Below are positions 16,650 to 24,360 of a stretch of 32,000 nt of DNA, piece after piece (positions within the stretch are counted from its first letter, which is position 1; the number at the start of each line of letters is the position of its first letter). Below the pieces are notes generated by a model that was not told the origin of the DNA, made no database searches, and saw only the letters and a program-made list of their open reading frames with translations. The stretch spans positions 750,001 through 782,000 of the forward strand of contig NZ_CP027570.1 of assembly GCF_003010495.1 (NCBI RefSeq). Reading direction: 5' to 3'. This DNA is from Megasphaera elsdenii DSM 20460. GTDB taxonomy: Bacteria > Bacillota > Negativicutes > Veillonellales > Megasphaeraceae. The position numbers and the translations under genes are program-made.

Positions 16650-16790
16650 TTACTTGCAGTAAGCAACTACTTCTACCTCTACATCGCCATTCATGGGGAG
16701 TTTGCCGATTTCCACACAAGACCGGGCAGGCAGCGTTTTCTTAAAGAAACTGGCATATACGGCATTAACAGCACCAAAATCATTCATATT
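16650..16790 (-). pseudogene. ridA: 3' fragment of a RidA/YjgF-family gene fused to a permease fragment
   Basis: The C-terminal ~45 aa of track ORF 16650..16970, NMNDFGAVNAVYASFFKKTLPARSCVEIGKLPMNGDVEVEVVAYCK, match the RidA C-terminus (PARSCVE motif). The N-terminal two-thirds of a RidA protein are absent. The junction coordinate is approximate. Confidence 0.6.
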
Positions 16791-16894
16791 AGGAAATGCA
16801 CCTACATTTGCCAGATTCCAATAGGGAATCATGACAGCTCCCAATACGGCTATAACGATTAATTTCGTCAGTACCATACCGGTCGATACTTTAA
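16791..16894 (-). pseudogene. Internal fragment of the HAAAP-type serine/threonine permease gene (continuation of 18308..18838 across the TnpB element)
   Basis: KVSTGMVLTKLIVIAVLGAVMIPYWNLANVG is a TM segment ending in the IP(Y/Q)WN motif of SdaC/TdcC-type permeases. It is in phase with the 5' fragment once 16895-18307 is removed. Confidence 0.65.
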
Positions 16895-16912
16895 CCTGAT
16901 TCTGCAAGAAGT

Positions 16913-16935
16913 CTCCCGCCTCTTTAGGCGGTGAG
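16913..16935 (+). repeat. LE subterminal hairpin of the TnpB element
   Basis: CTCCCGCC TCTTTA GGCGGTGAG, with one bulged T. It lies 18 nt inside the inferred left end. Confidence 0.65.
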
Positions 16936-17051
16936 ATGAATTGCAGGTTTTTCTGAGGGCTCGATGCCATCAGAAAAACAATAGCTTCACAAGTTGATTT
17001 GCAGTATAATCAGTAGTAAGAGTGAAAGTATATAGAAAGTCAAGGCAGGTG

Positions 17052-18167
17052 ATGATAGTGAATAAGGCATACCGATACAGAATCTATCCGACAACGGCAC
17101 AGAAAATGATGTTTGCCAAGACCTTTGGGTGTGTCCGATTCATCTACAACAAGATGCTGAGTGACCGCATTGACTATTATAAGGAAACCGGCCAAAAGCT
17201 GAATAACACGCCTGCGCAGTACAAGGAAGAATTCCCTTGGCTAAAGGAAGTCGATAGTTTAGCCCTTGCCAATGCCCAACTGAATCTGAACAAGGCATAC
17301 AGCCACTTTTGGAATGACAGCCAGCATTTCGGCAAGCCGCGCTTCAAGTCAAAGAAAAATAGTCGCGCTTCGTATTCTACGAACAACCAGAAGGGTTCTG
17401 TCCGAATCGAGGACCATAAGGTGAAACTGCCAAAAGTCGGCTGGGTGAAATTATGCCAGCATCGCCCCTTGCCAGAGAACAGTATCATAAAGACCGTAAC
17501 CATCAGCAAGACGCCATCAGGAAAGTACTATATCAGTATGCTGGTGGAGTATGAAAACCAAGTACTCCCTGTCATACCGAAGACCTTCCTTGGCTTGGAT
17601 TTTGCGATGCACGGCTTGTATGTGGCTTCCGATGAGGAGGATGCTAAATATCCAGATTTCCTGCGGAAGGCAGAGAAAAGACTGGCTAAGGCGCAGCGGA
17701 AGCTATCCAAAAAGCAAAAAGGAAGTCACAACAGGGAAAAGCAAAGACTGCGCGTAGCTATTCTTCATGAGAAAGTGGCCAATCAACGCCGGGATTTCCT
17801 GCACAAGAAGGCCCGCTACCTTGCAGACCGCTATGATGCCATTGGTATTGAGGATATCAGCGTCAAAGCGATGGCAAAGCGGAAAAAGGGTGGCAAGTTC
17901 AGCTTTGGCAAATCCGTAGCGGACAATGGCTGGAATATGTTCACGAACATGCTGGAATATAAGCTGGCTTGGCAAGGCAAACAGCTTATCAAGATAGACA
18001 AGTGGTATCCGAGCAGCCAGCTGTGCCATATTTGCGGATATCAGAACCACGAAACCAAGGAATTGTCTGTAAGGGAATGGAATTGCCCGAAATGTGGAAG
18101 TCACCATAATCGCGATAAAAACGCAGCCATCAATATCCGAGAAGAAGCCAGGCGAATATCAGCCTGA
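17052..18167 (+). CDS. tnpB: TnpB (IS605 OrfB family RNA-guided endonuclease), apparently intact
   Basis: The track ORF starts at GTG 17022. I prefer the ATG at 17052 (MIVNKAYRYRIYPT...), after AAGGCAGG. RuvC-like motifs are present: LGLDFAMHG, AIGIEDIS and HNRDKNAAINI. The zinc finger reads CHICG...CPKCG. N-terminal YRYRIYPT is the classic OrfB start. Confidence 0.9.
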   Translation: MIVNKAYRYRIYPTTAQKMMFAKTFGCVRFIYNKMLSDRIDYYKETGQKLNNTPAQYKEEFPWLKEVDSLALANAQLNLNKAYSHFWNDSQHFGKPRFKSKKNSRASYSTNNQKGSVRIEDHKVKLPKVGWVKLCQHRPLPENSIIKTVTISKTPSGKYYISMLVEYENQVLPVIPKTFLGLDFAMHGLYVASDEEDAKYPDFLRKAEKRLAKAQRKLSKKQKGSHNREKQRLRVAILHEKVANQRRDFLHKKARYLADRYDAIGIEDISVKAMAKRKKGGKFSFGKSVADNGWNMFTNMLEYKLAWQGKQLIKIDKWYPSSQLCHICGYQNHETKELSVREWNCPKCGSHHNRDKNAAINIREEARRISA

Positions 18168-18323
18168 CGTAATCCATAAAATACCGTGGGTCGCACGGGA
18201 ATCTACGCCTGTGGAGAGAGTGTAAGACGCCGCAACTCTTTGGAGTCAGTGGCGCTGTTCTCGTTGAAGCAGGAAGCTCCCGCCTCTATAGGCGGGAGTA
18301 CGTTCACAAAGGATTTGTTCCCC
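18050..18323 (+). ncRNA. Predicted TnpB omega/right-end RNA (scaffold overlapping the tnpB 3' end plus RE) with a ~16-nt flank-derived guide; 5' end not determined
   Basis: This is inferred by analogy to characterised TnpB systems. The structured region 18168-18307 ends in the hairpin at 18277-18298. The guide would be AAAGGATTTGTTCCCC (18308-18323). Confidence 0.4.
18277..18298 (+). repeat. RE subterminal hairpin of the TnpB element
   Basis: CTCCCGCC TCTATA GGCGGGAG is a perfect 8-bp stem, followed by TACGTTCAC to the element end. Confidence 0.7.
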
Positions 18324-18838
18324 ACGGGAAGCGACTGCGACCAATAATACAATGATGACCAGTCCATACAGAGGATTTTCAGATAAAATAGCATCCGTTA
18401 CTCCAAAACTGTACAAAAAGGAAGCACTGTCATTCGTGATAGCCGTAGAGTACATCATGACTCCCATAATAATCATGATGAAGTAAATAATCCCCAAGAA
18501 GAATCCCCAGTTTTTTCCCAGATAGCCACTGATGACACTGGCATAATCTTCACACTTCGGCGAGCTAGCCAAGGTGTTAATGTACAGCCGCTGGAAACCA
18601 TACATGATTGGGTAGCTGATGACTGCCGAAGCGAGAAATACCCAGAGACCTACTAGACCGACCTGTACCGGCAGGAAGACAATGCCCGAACCGATAGCCA
18701 TGCCAATACTCATAATTACCCAGCCCCAGTCTGTACTATCGAATTTTACGGCCTTCTTCCATTCTTCCTAGTCATACCCGCTTTTTCCCAATGGGTACTG
18801 CCCGAAGCCATTCCTATACGTTTTGTAGCATTTTCCAT
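18308..18838 (-). pseudogene. 5' part of a HAAAP-family (SdaC/TdcC-like) serine/threonine permease gene, frameshifted near its start and cut by the TnpB element
   Basis: The ATG at 18838 (GGGGTG RBS, 13 nt after the upstream gene's stop) opens MENATKRIGMASGSTHWEKAGMT.... The conserved body, EEWKKAVKFDSTDWGWVIMSIGMAIGSGIVFLPVQVG..., is in another frame. The switch must occur within 18748-18770. The body runs to ...VASRGEQIL at the RE junction. Confidence 0.7.
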
Positions 18839-18851
18839 AGTAGGCCACCCC

Positions 18852-20075
18852 TTATTCAGCCTGATGGGCTTTAACGGCCTTTACGATACGCTGCAGGCCT
18901 TTGTCAACGATAACCCGCGGCATAGCCAGATTGAGGCGGATATAGCCTTTTGCATTATCGACAAAGAGTGCATCTCCTCCTTCCAGGAGAACCCCTGCTT
19001 TATTAGCCATGAAATCAGGAATATCTTCCACATCGCCGAGATACGGATTCATGTTGACCCATGCCAGATAGGTTGCCTGTGGAATCTGGAAGGTGATATC
19101 CGGGAGTTCTCTGTCCAGAGTGTCCTTCACAAACTGGAAATTCCCGTCCAGATACGTCTTGAGCTGGTCCAGCCATTCACTCCCGTGTTCGTAAGCTGCC
19201 TGATGGGCGGCGATAGAAAGGGGATTTACGTTCATGGCATAGGCATTGGTCGTACCGATATAGAGATCGCGCAGCCCTTTATCGCGGATGATGATTTCGG
19301 CAAACATCATCCCCGCCATATTGAATGCTTTGGATACAGAGGTGCAGGTAATCAGTTTTTTATATTCTGGCATAATCTTAGCCATGGGGATATGTTTAAC
19401 GCCCTGGCGCAGGAGATCGCAATGGATTTCGTCACTGATAATCCAAAGATTATGTTTTTCTACAATAGCCGCTACCTTGCGGAGTTCTTCTTCTGTCCAG
19501 ACCCGTCCCGTCGGATTCTGTGGATTGCACCAGATAAGAAGTTTGGCAAACGGATTGGAGGCGTCTTTTTCTAATGCATCAAAATCGATGGTCCAATTTC
19601 CCTGAGCATCACATTTCAGCTTATTGTGGATAGCGTGTTTATGCCGTTCATCAATCGGGTGCTGGAAATATCCGTATGCCGGCGTATTGATGATGGCATA
19701 ATCATAGTCGCCAAGAAGCAGATCGACTAATGTATACAATGCCGGTATGATACCCAGAGAAAAGCAGATTTCTTCTTTCGGATAGGTCCAGCCGTACATC
19801 TTTTCACACCAGGAATTATAGGCCTGGAAAAATTCCGGTTCAAACACCTGGCTGTATCCGATGATGCGCTTGTCGGCCCGGTCTTTGATTGCCTGGATAA
19901 TAGCCGGGCACATGGCAAATTCCATATCGGCTACCCACATGCGGACAAATTCATCGTCCTTGAACGGAAAGGTCTTTTTCCCTTCAAAATCATGGAAAAT
20001 GTAGCCACGGAACCCATCCGTATTGAGTGCATTCGTATGTTTTCTGTCAATGATTTCATCAAAATCGTACGTCAT
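18852..20075 (-). CDS. PLP-dependent aminotransferase class I/II, MalY/PatB-type cystathionine beta-lyase (C-S lyase)
   Basis: The 407-aa protein starts MTYDFDEIIDRKHTNALNTDGF, typical of PatB/MalY. The PLP-lysine region is TSVSKAFNMAGM. Confidence 0.82.
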   Translation of the reverse strand: MTYDFDEIIDRKHTNALNTDGFRGYIFHDFEGKKTFPFKDDEFVRMWVADMEFAMCPAIIQAIKDRADKRIIGYSQVFEPEFFQAYNSWCEKMYGWTYPKEEICFSLGIIPALYTLVDLLLGDYDYAIINTPAYGYFQHPIDERHKHAIHNKLKCDAQGNWTIDFDALEKDASNPFAKLLIWCNPQNPTGRVWTEEELRKVAAIVEKHNLWIISDEIHCDLLRQGVKHIPMAKIMPEYKKLITCTSVSKAFNMAGMMFAEIIIRDKGLRDLYIGTTNAYAMNVNPLSIAAHQAAYEHGSEWLDQLKTYLDGNFQFVKDTLDRELPDITFQIPQATYLAWVNMNPYLGDVEDIPDFMANKAGVLLEGGDALFVDNAKGYIRLNLAMPRVIVDKGLQRIVKAVKAHQAE

Positions 20076-20358
20076 CAGTATTCCTCTTTTCTACAAATAT
20101 GCGATTATTCAGAATTATAATTATTATAGGTAAGAGCTCTCTGTTTATGCTTATACTATATCAGTTCCGATGTCCACTGGCAAAAGCCCCTATGTTTCGT
20201 TTAAAGACATAAACATAGTCACTGTGTTTCTTTAGGCGAAACATAAGGGCCAATCATCTTCCAATTTCATCAGAAGACATGTTTTTTCAATTGTTTTTTT
20301 TATTTTGAATATTTTAAAGAAACAAAAAAACGTGTACAATGACATCAGAGGTGATTTC

Positions 20359-21060
20359 ATGTCTCTGGTAACAGAAAATACGGGTAAGGCAATCCGTACA
20401 TTCCGGAAAAAGAATAAGCTGACCGTCCAGGAACTGGCGGATCGCATCTGTAAGAGCAAAGCAACAGTTTCCAAATATGAAAGCGGTAAAATTTCTTTGG
20501 ATTTGGATACCCTGTTCGATATTGCACAGGTATTACAGGTCCGCCTCGAGCAGTTATTATACATGCCACCGGAAAATGTCCCAACAGAAACTGTAACCGT
20601 TCCCAATTTCTTCAAAAATCTGAATCACATGTACATATATATGTATGATGGCCGTAATAACCATCTGAACCGCACGATTATCAATGTATTTCCGGAAAAT
20701 CAGCATATATTTCCAGCCATCATGTACATGAATATAAAGAATTATAATGAATATCAGAATTGTGAAAACACTTATACAGGAACAATATCCCATTACGACG
20801 CCCTGACCACTATGGAATTCCAGAATCAGGATACCTATATAGAAAAATATATTATCCGCATCCTCGCGTCGTTTTTAGATGCTCCCACCAAATGGGCCAT
20901 GGGATTCGGCGTTTCTTCCCGACCATTAATGCCCGTCGCTACCAAAATGCTTATTTCAAAAAAAATTCTCCCGGAAACAGACGACCTCATCAAATCTCTG
21001 ATGATTTCCAAAGAGGATATCCGCCGCATGAAGCAATACAACATGCTATCTTTCGTATAA
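20359..21060 (+). CDS. XRE-family HTH transcriptional regulator with an uncharacterised C-terminal domain
   Basis: The track start is TTG 20305. I prefer the ATG at 20359, after AGAGGTG. The HTH segment is LTVQELADRICKSKATVSKYESGKISLDLDTLFDIAQVL. The gene is divergent from the C-S lyase gene. Confidence 0.7.
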   Translation: MSLVTENTGKAIRTFRKKNKLTVQELADRICKSKATVSKYESGKISLDLDTLFDIAQVLQVRLEQLLYMPPENVPTETVTVPNFFKNLNHMYIYMYDGRNNHLNRTIINVFPENQHIFPAIMYMNIKNYNEYQNCENTYTGTISHYDALTTMEFQNQDTYIEKYIIRILASFLDAPTKWAMGFGVSSRPLMPVATKMLISKKILPETDDLIKSLMISKEDIRRMKQYNMLSFV

Positions 21061-21071
21061 GTAAAAAAACT

Positions 21072-21108
21072 GGCTTATGGAACAAAATACTCCATAAACC
21101 ATTTTTTT
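21072..21108 (+). terminator. Rho-independent terminator of the XRE gene
   Basis: GGCTTATGGA (21072-21081) pairs with TCCATAAACC (21091-21100), followed by a T7 run (21102-21108). Confidence 0.65.
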
Positions 21109-21187
21109 AGGCTTATTCTGTTATGCATTGTAATTTTCCATCAGTCTGCGGAAGAAATTACGAGATCCCGGAAGTGTGGCAGCAGGA

Positions 21188-21571
21188 ATGCGTTCGTTGA
21201 CACCGTCCCCACCTCTTAGGTGGTGGATGAATGGCGAGCTTGTGGTATAATATTAATAGCAGTTAGAACTTCTGCGAGAACAAAAAAGTATTTTCAATCA
21301 ACGGTCTTTGAGCCGTTTTCGGAGGAGCACTCCCCCTTGCCGCAGCACGACGCCATAGGCGAATCGCGACGGGTAGAAAAGAAGTGCAAAATGTGTATCT
21401 ACTCAAGTAAGCAGAACTTCGATTTCGAGGGACTGTGTAAGGGGCTTTTGGACAGCCCTTTGAGAATAAGGATATCCTGACAGCTAACTCCTTTGGAATA
21501 GGCTGTTAGGCGTTAGTCCATGTATCAAACTTCTCAAGAATCTCTCGCTTCTATAAGCGGGAGAGGTTCAA
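21188..21571 (+). mobile_element. Decayed, internally deleted copy of the same TnpB element family (LE-like hairpin, promoter, degenerate tnpB 3' remnant, omega-RNA-like tail and RE); left boundary uncertain
   Basis: The LE-like module CCACC-TCTTA-GGTGG followed by ATGAATGG (21209-21231) parallels GGCGGTGAGATGAATTG in element 1. TGgTATAAT lies at 21243-21251. The remnant ORF ends ...RIRIS* compared with ...ARRISA* in element 1. AACTCCTTTGGA compares with AACTCTTTGGA. The RE hairpin is CTCTCGCTT-CTAT-AAGCGGGAGAG (21542-21565), then GTTCAA. Confidence 0.5.
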
Positions 21572-21585
21572 TATCCTGACACTTT

Positions 21586-22800
21586 CTAGCATTTGTTTCT
21601 CTGCCGCCAGATGCGCTGGGCTTCAGCAGCTTGAATCAGGGCTTCGCGCACATCGGGATGAGCGATGTTAATCAGCGCTTCGGCCCTTTGCCAAGTAGCC
21701 AGACCGGACAGGTTGGCTACGCCGTATTCCGTGACCATGTACGGCGCCTGGGTCCGCGGCGTCGTAATGATGTCGCCGGCCGTGAACTTAGGCAGGATAT
21801 TGGAATGACGGATGCCCTGCTTATCGACCCGGCTCGACGGCATGGCCAGGAAGGCTTTGCCATGATCGGCTACATAGGCGCCGGTCACGAAGTCCAGATG
21901 GCCGCCAGTCCCGCTGATTTTCCGTGTCCCTGCCGATTCCGAGCAGACCTGGCCATAGAGGTCGACGGCAATACAGCTGTTGATGGAAATGAAATCATCG
22001 AGCTGGCGGATTGTTTCTGGATTGTTGACATAATGCATAGGTGCCGACAGGATATCCTGGTTATGGTCCAAAAATTCATAGAGTTCTTTCGAGCCCATAC
22101 AAATGGAGAAGACGCCTTTCCCCCGCTGGAAAGGCTTTTTGTCGTTAGTAATCTTCCCTGACTGGTACAGATCGAGATAGCCGTCACTCATGAGCTCTGT
22201 ATGCATACCTAAGTCTTTCAAGTCCAATCCGGCAATGAGGCTGCCTAAGGCATTGGGCATACCACCGATACCGAGTTGCAAGGTAATGCCGTCGTGCAAG
22301 TAAGGGAAAATATTCTCGGCAATCTGCTGGTCAATAGCACTCGGTTCCCGGTTCGGCGCCAGGCTAATCGGTTCTTCGCTTTCGACGATGGCATCGACCT
22401 TCGTCGCATCGAAAGCCCAGACGGGCACGTGTTTCTTCAGTTCTTCAACGATTCCCCGGGGATACTGGCAGACCCCGGACAGGACAGGCAGCGATGGAAT
22501 CTGCGTCGTATTGACGACCATCTTGCCGTCTTTCTTCAGGAACCGGGCATAGCGGGCCGCTTCCATTTCTTCAAAGGAAACGAGGATATCCGCCGAGCCT
22601 TCGCCGATGATGGGTGAGTAAACTTTGGAGCCAAAGTGGACCTGCGTACTGACGCTGCCGCCGCGCTGGCTCATGCCGTGGACTTCGGACATCTTGACAT
22701 CGTAGCCATGTCCGATGAGGCCTATGGTGAGGATTTTGCTGGCTAATATCGTACCCTGGCCACCGACACCGACGAAGAGTACACTCTTTATATCTGACAT
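21586..22800 (-). pseudogene. In-frame chimera: IorB (indolepyruvate:ferredoxin oxidoreductase beta) residues ~1-135 fused to the C-terminal ~270 aa of an acetyl-CoA hydrolase/transferase-family protein
   Basis: From the ATG at 22800 the sequence reads MSDIKSVLFVGVGGQGTILASKIL...VWAFDATKV (IorB-like). It then switches at about 22396-22405 to DAIVESEEP...LQLGIGGMPNALG...ISGTGGHLDF...ALINIAHPDVREAL, a paralog of 13352..14698. The track's longer ORF (to 23085) is an out-of-frame read across iorA. Confidence 0.7.
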
Positions 22801-22801
22801 A

Positions 22802-23990
22802 TTATTTATCCCCCTTTCTGGAAATGGCCTGAACCGGGCAGACCTGCATGCAGACCGTACAGCCGACGCAATCCGCCTGAGCAATACTGGATTTCTTCGT
22901 TTCACTGTCATAGCGCAGGGCCGGGCAGCCGGTGGAGAGGCATTTCTTGCAGCCAATGCACTTATCCGCATCGACGACGCACGGCGTCTTGTCGAGGTTG
23001 AACTGGGCTTTATCTTCTTTGGAATACTTTTTGAGGATACAAGGCCATTTGGTGATGATGACCGACGGTTCATCTTCCATGGCAAAAGCCCAGTCCAGCG
23101 TTTCTTTCATGGCCTTCAGGTCCAGGGGATTGACCGTCCGGACGTGCTTGATGCCCAGGACATTGACGACCGTTTCGACGTCAATGAGCGTGGCCGGTTC
23201 CCCTTTGATGTTATAGCCCGTCCTGGGGTTATCCTGATGGCCGGTCATACCGGTGATGCGGTTGTCCAGGATGACACAGATGGCATTCGAGCCGTTATAG
23301 GCCACATCGGTCAGGGAATTGATGCCCGTATGGAAGAACGTCGAATCGCCCATGCAGACGGCCAGGTCCTTGGCGTTGAGCGGCGCCGCCCCGCCTAAGG
23401 CGTAACAGCCGATATCGCCGATCATGACCGTGTCTTTCCGATGGCGTATCTGTTCTTCCATAAAGGGGGGTCCAGTTCTTCGATGACGTAGAGTTCATCA
23501 AAGTTATCGGAAAAGGCTTTGATTATCTCCATCGACAGAGGATAAGTAAAGCCCAGCTTCAAATACGACGCTTTATCGCCTAAGGCTTCCTTAGCATACA
23601 GATAAGCCGCACCGGCTGCGATAATGCCAATTTTCGTGTCGTTCATCTCGATTTCATTGAAAGGACAGCTTTCGGCATAGCCCTTCAATTTTTCTTCCTG
23701 TTCTTCGATGACATAGCGGCGTCTCTTGGAAATGGCCGGTACGGCATCCATTTTATCCCGCTGTTTCTGATAGAGGACGGGCGCCACTTCCTGGCGGTCT
23801 TTTTCTTCGACGAGGCTCTTGGAATGGCAGACTCGGGTCGTCATGCGAATCATGACCGGGACGTCATAGGTTTCACTGACCCGATAGGCTTCCTTGGTCA
23901 TGTCGATGCATTCCTGCGAATCGGACGGCTCGAACATGGCGATTTTGGCAAATTTGGCATAATTCCGGTTGTCCTGTTCATTCTGAGTAA
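22802..23990 (-). pseudogene. iorA: Indolepyruvate:ferredoxin oxidoreductase alpha subunit (IorA), 5'-truncated and frameshifted
   Basis: Two track ORFs (23422..23937 and 22802..23461) are consecutive IorA segments in different frames. The switch is at a C6 run (plus-strand G6 at 23465-23470): ...YVIEELDPP / FMEEQIR.... IorA homology begins abruptly at ...QNEQDNRNYAKFAKIAMFEPSDSQEC, just after a TAA at 23998-24000. About 110 N-terminal codons are therefore missing. The C-terminal 2x[4Fe-4S] motifs are intact. Confidence 0.8.
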
Positions 23991-24360
23991 TGAAAAATTA
24001 ACCCAACACTCTTTCCGCATCAAAATAGAAATCATCGATTTTCCCCGTCTCATCGACACCATCCCCATCCTCTGCCTGTTCAGTTCGATGAACGATGCCT
24101 TATATACGCTCCGTTCCATTGCGCCGAAATATAAGAAGATCCATTTGCTCCTCAACGAAAACTTCATGTTCAACAAAGACGCCTGCCCGGAAGAGCTGCG
24201 TAAAAAAAATCGTCTTCTATCGCCGCTACAGCCTGGATAAGACCCATTTAGAACTACTGGCCCAGGTCCGTCAGATTCCGGTCACACCAGATACGGCCAT
24301 CGTCGGTTGTCCGCTTCTGCCGCAAATCGTCCAAGACGGGCCTGACGGCGGCTCACCATT

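Larger units (their letters stand above)
16895..18307 (+). mobile_element. TnpB-only IS200/IS605-family element (IS1341-like), 1413 bp, inserted in a permease gene; ends accurate to about 2 nt
   Basis: The LE and RE carry the same subterminal hairpin motif, CTCCCGCC-TCT(T/A)TA-GGCGG(T/G)GAG. Removing 16895-18307 restores a continuous permease reading frame, ...SRGEQILFKVSTGMV.... The 5' flank is TTTAA (16890-16894), and the RE ends ...GTTCAC. Confidence 0.75.

Noticed and set aside
16650-16970. Track ORF 16650..16970 read as an intact RidA-family gene.
   Set aside because: Only the last ~45 aa are RidA-like. The N-terminal part derives from a permease fragment and from the IS left end. The conserved RidA N-terminal region is absent.
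16986-17001. TTCACAAGTTGATTTG (16986-17001) resembles TTCACAAAGGATTTG (18303-18317). I first read these as a target-site duplication, with the TTGAT at 16994-16998 as the target motif of the TnpB element.
   Set aside because: IS200/IS605 elements make no duplications. Restoring the permease frame and motif spacing places the left end at 16894/16895 instead, about 100 nt further left, with the LE hairpin inside. The similarity is probably coincidental or a relic.
21220-21480. Track ORF 21220..21480 (86 aa) read as a small protein gene.
   Set aside because: It has no RBS and lies inside the decayed TnpB element. Its end (RIRIS*) aligns with the tnpB terminus of element 1. It is best explained as a coding relic.
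22801-23085. The first 95 codons of track ORF 21586..23085 (MPWKMNRRSSSPNG...), read as an N-terminal extension of the IorB-like protein.
   Set aside because: This stretch is an alternative frame across the 3' end of iorA and is Arg/Ser-rich nonsense. The IorB homology starts at the ATG at 22800, which has its own RBS and lies 1 nt after the iorA stop.
23993-24360. I tried to assign the 370-bp stretch between the iorA truncation point and the EBP C-terminal fragment to an N-terminal sensor or AAA+ domain.
   Set aside because: No frame gives Walker A (GxxGxGK) or GAFTGA. The only hint is a Walker-B-like DGGSPF at its end. I left it unannotated as degenerate sequence.
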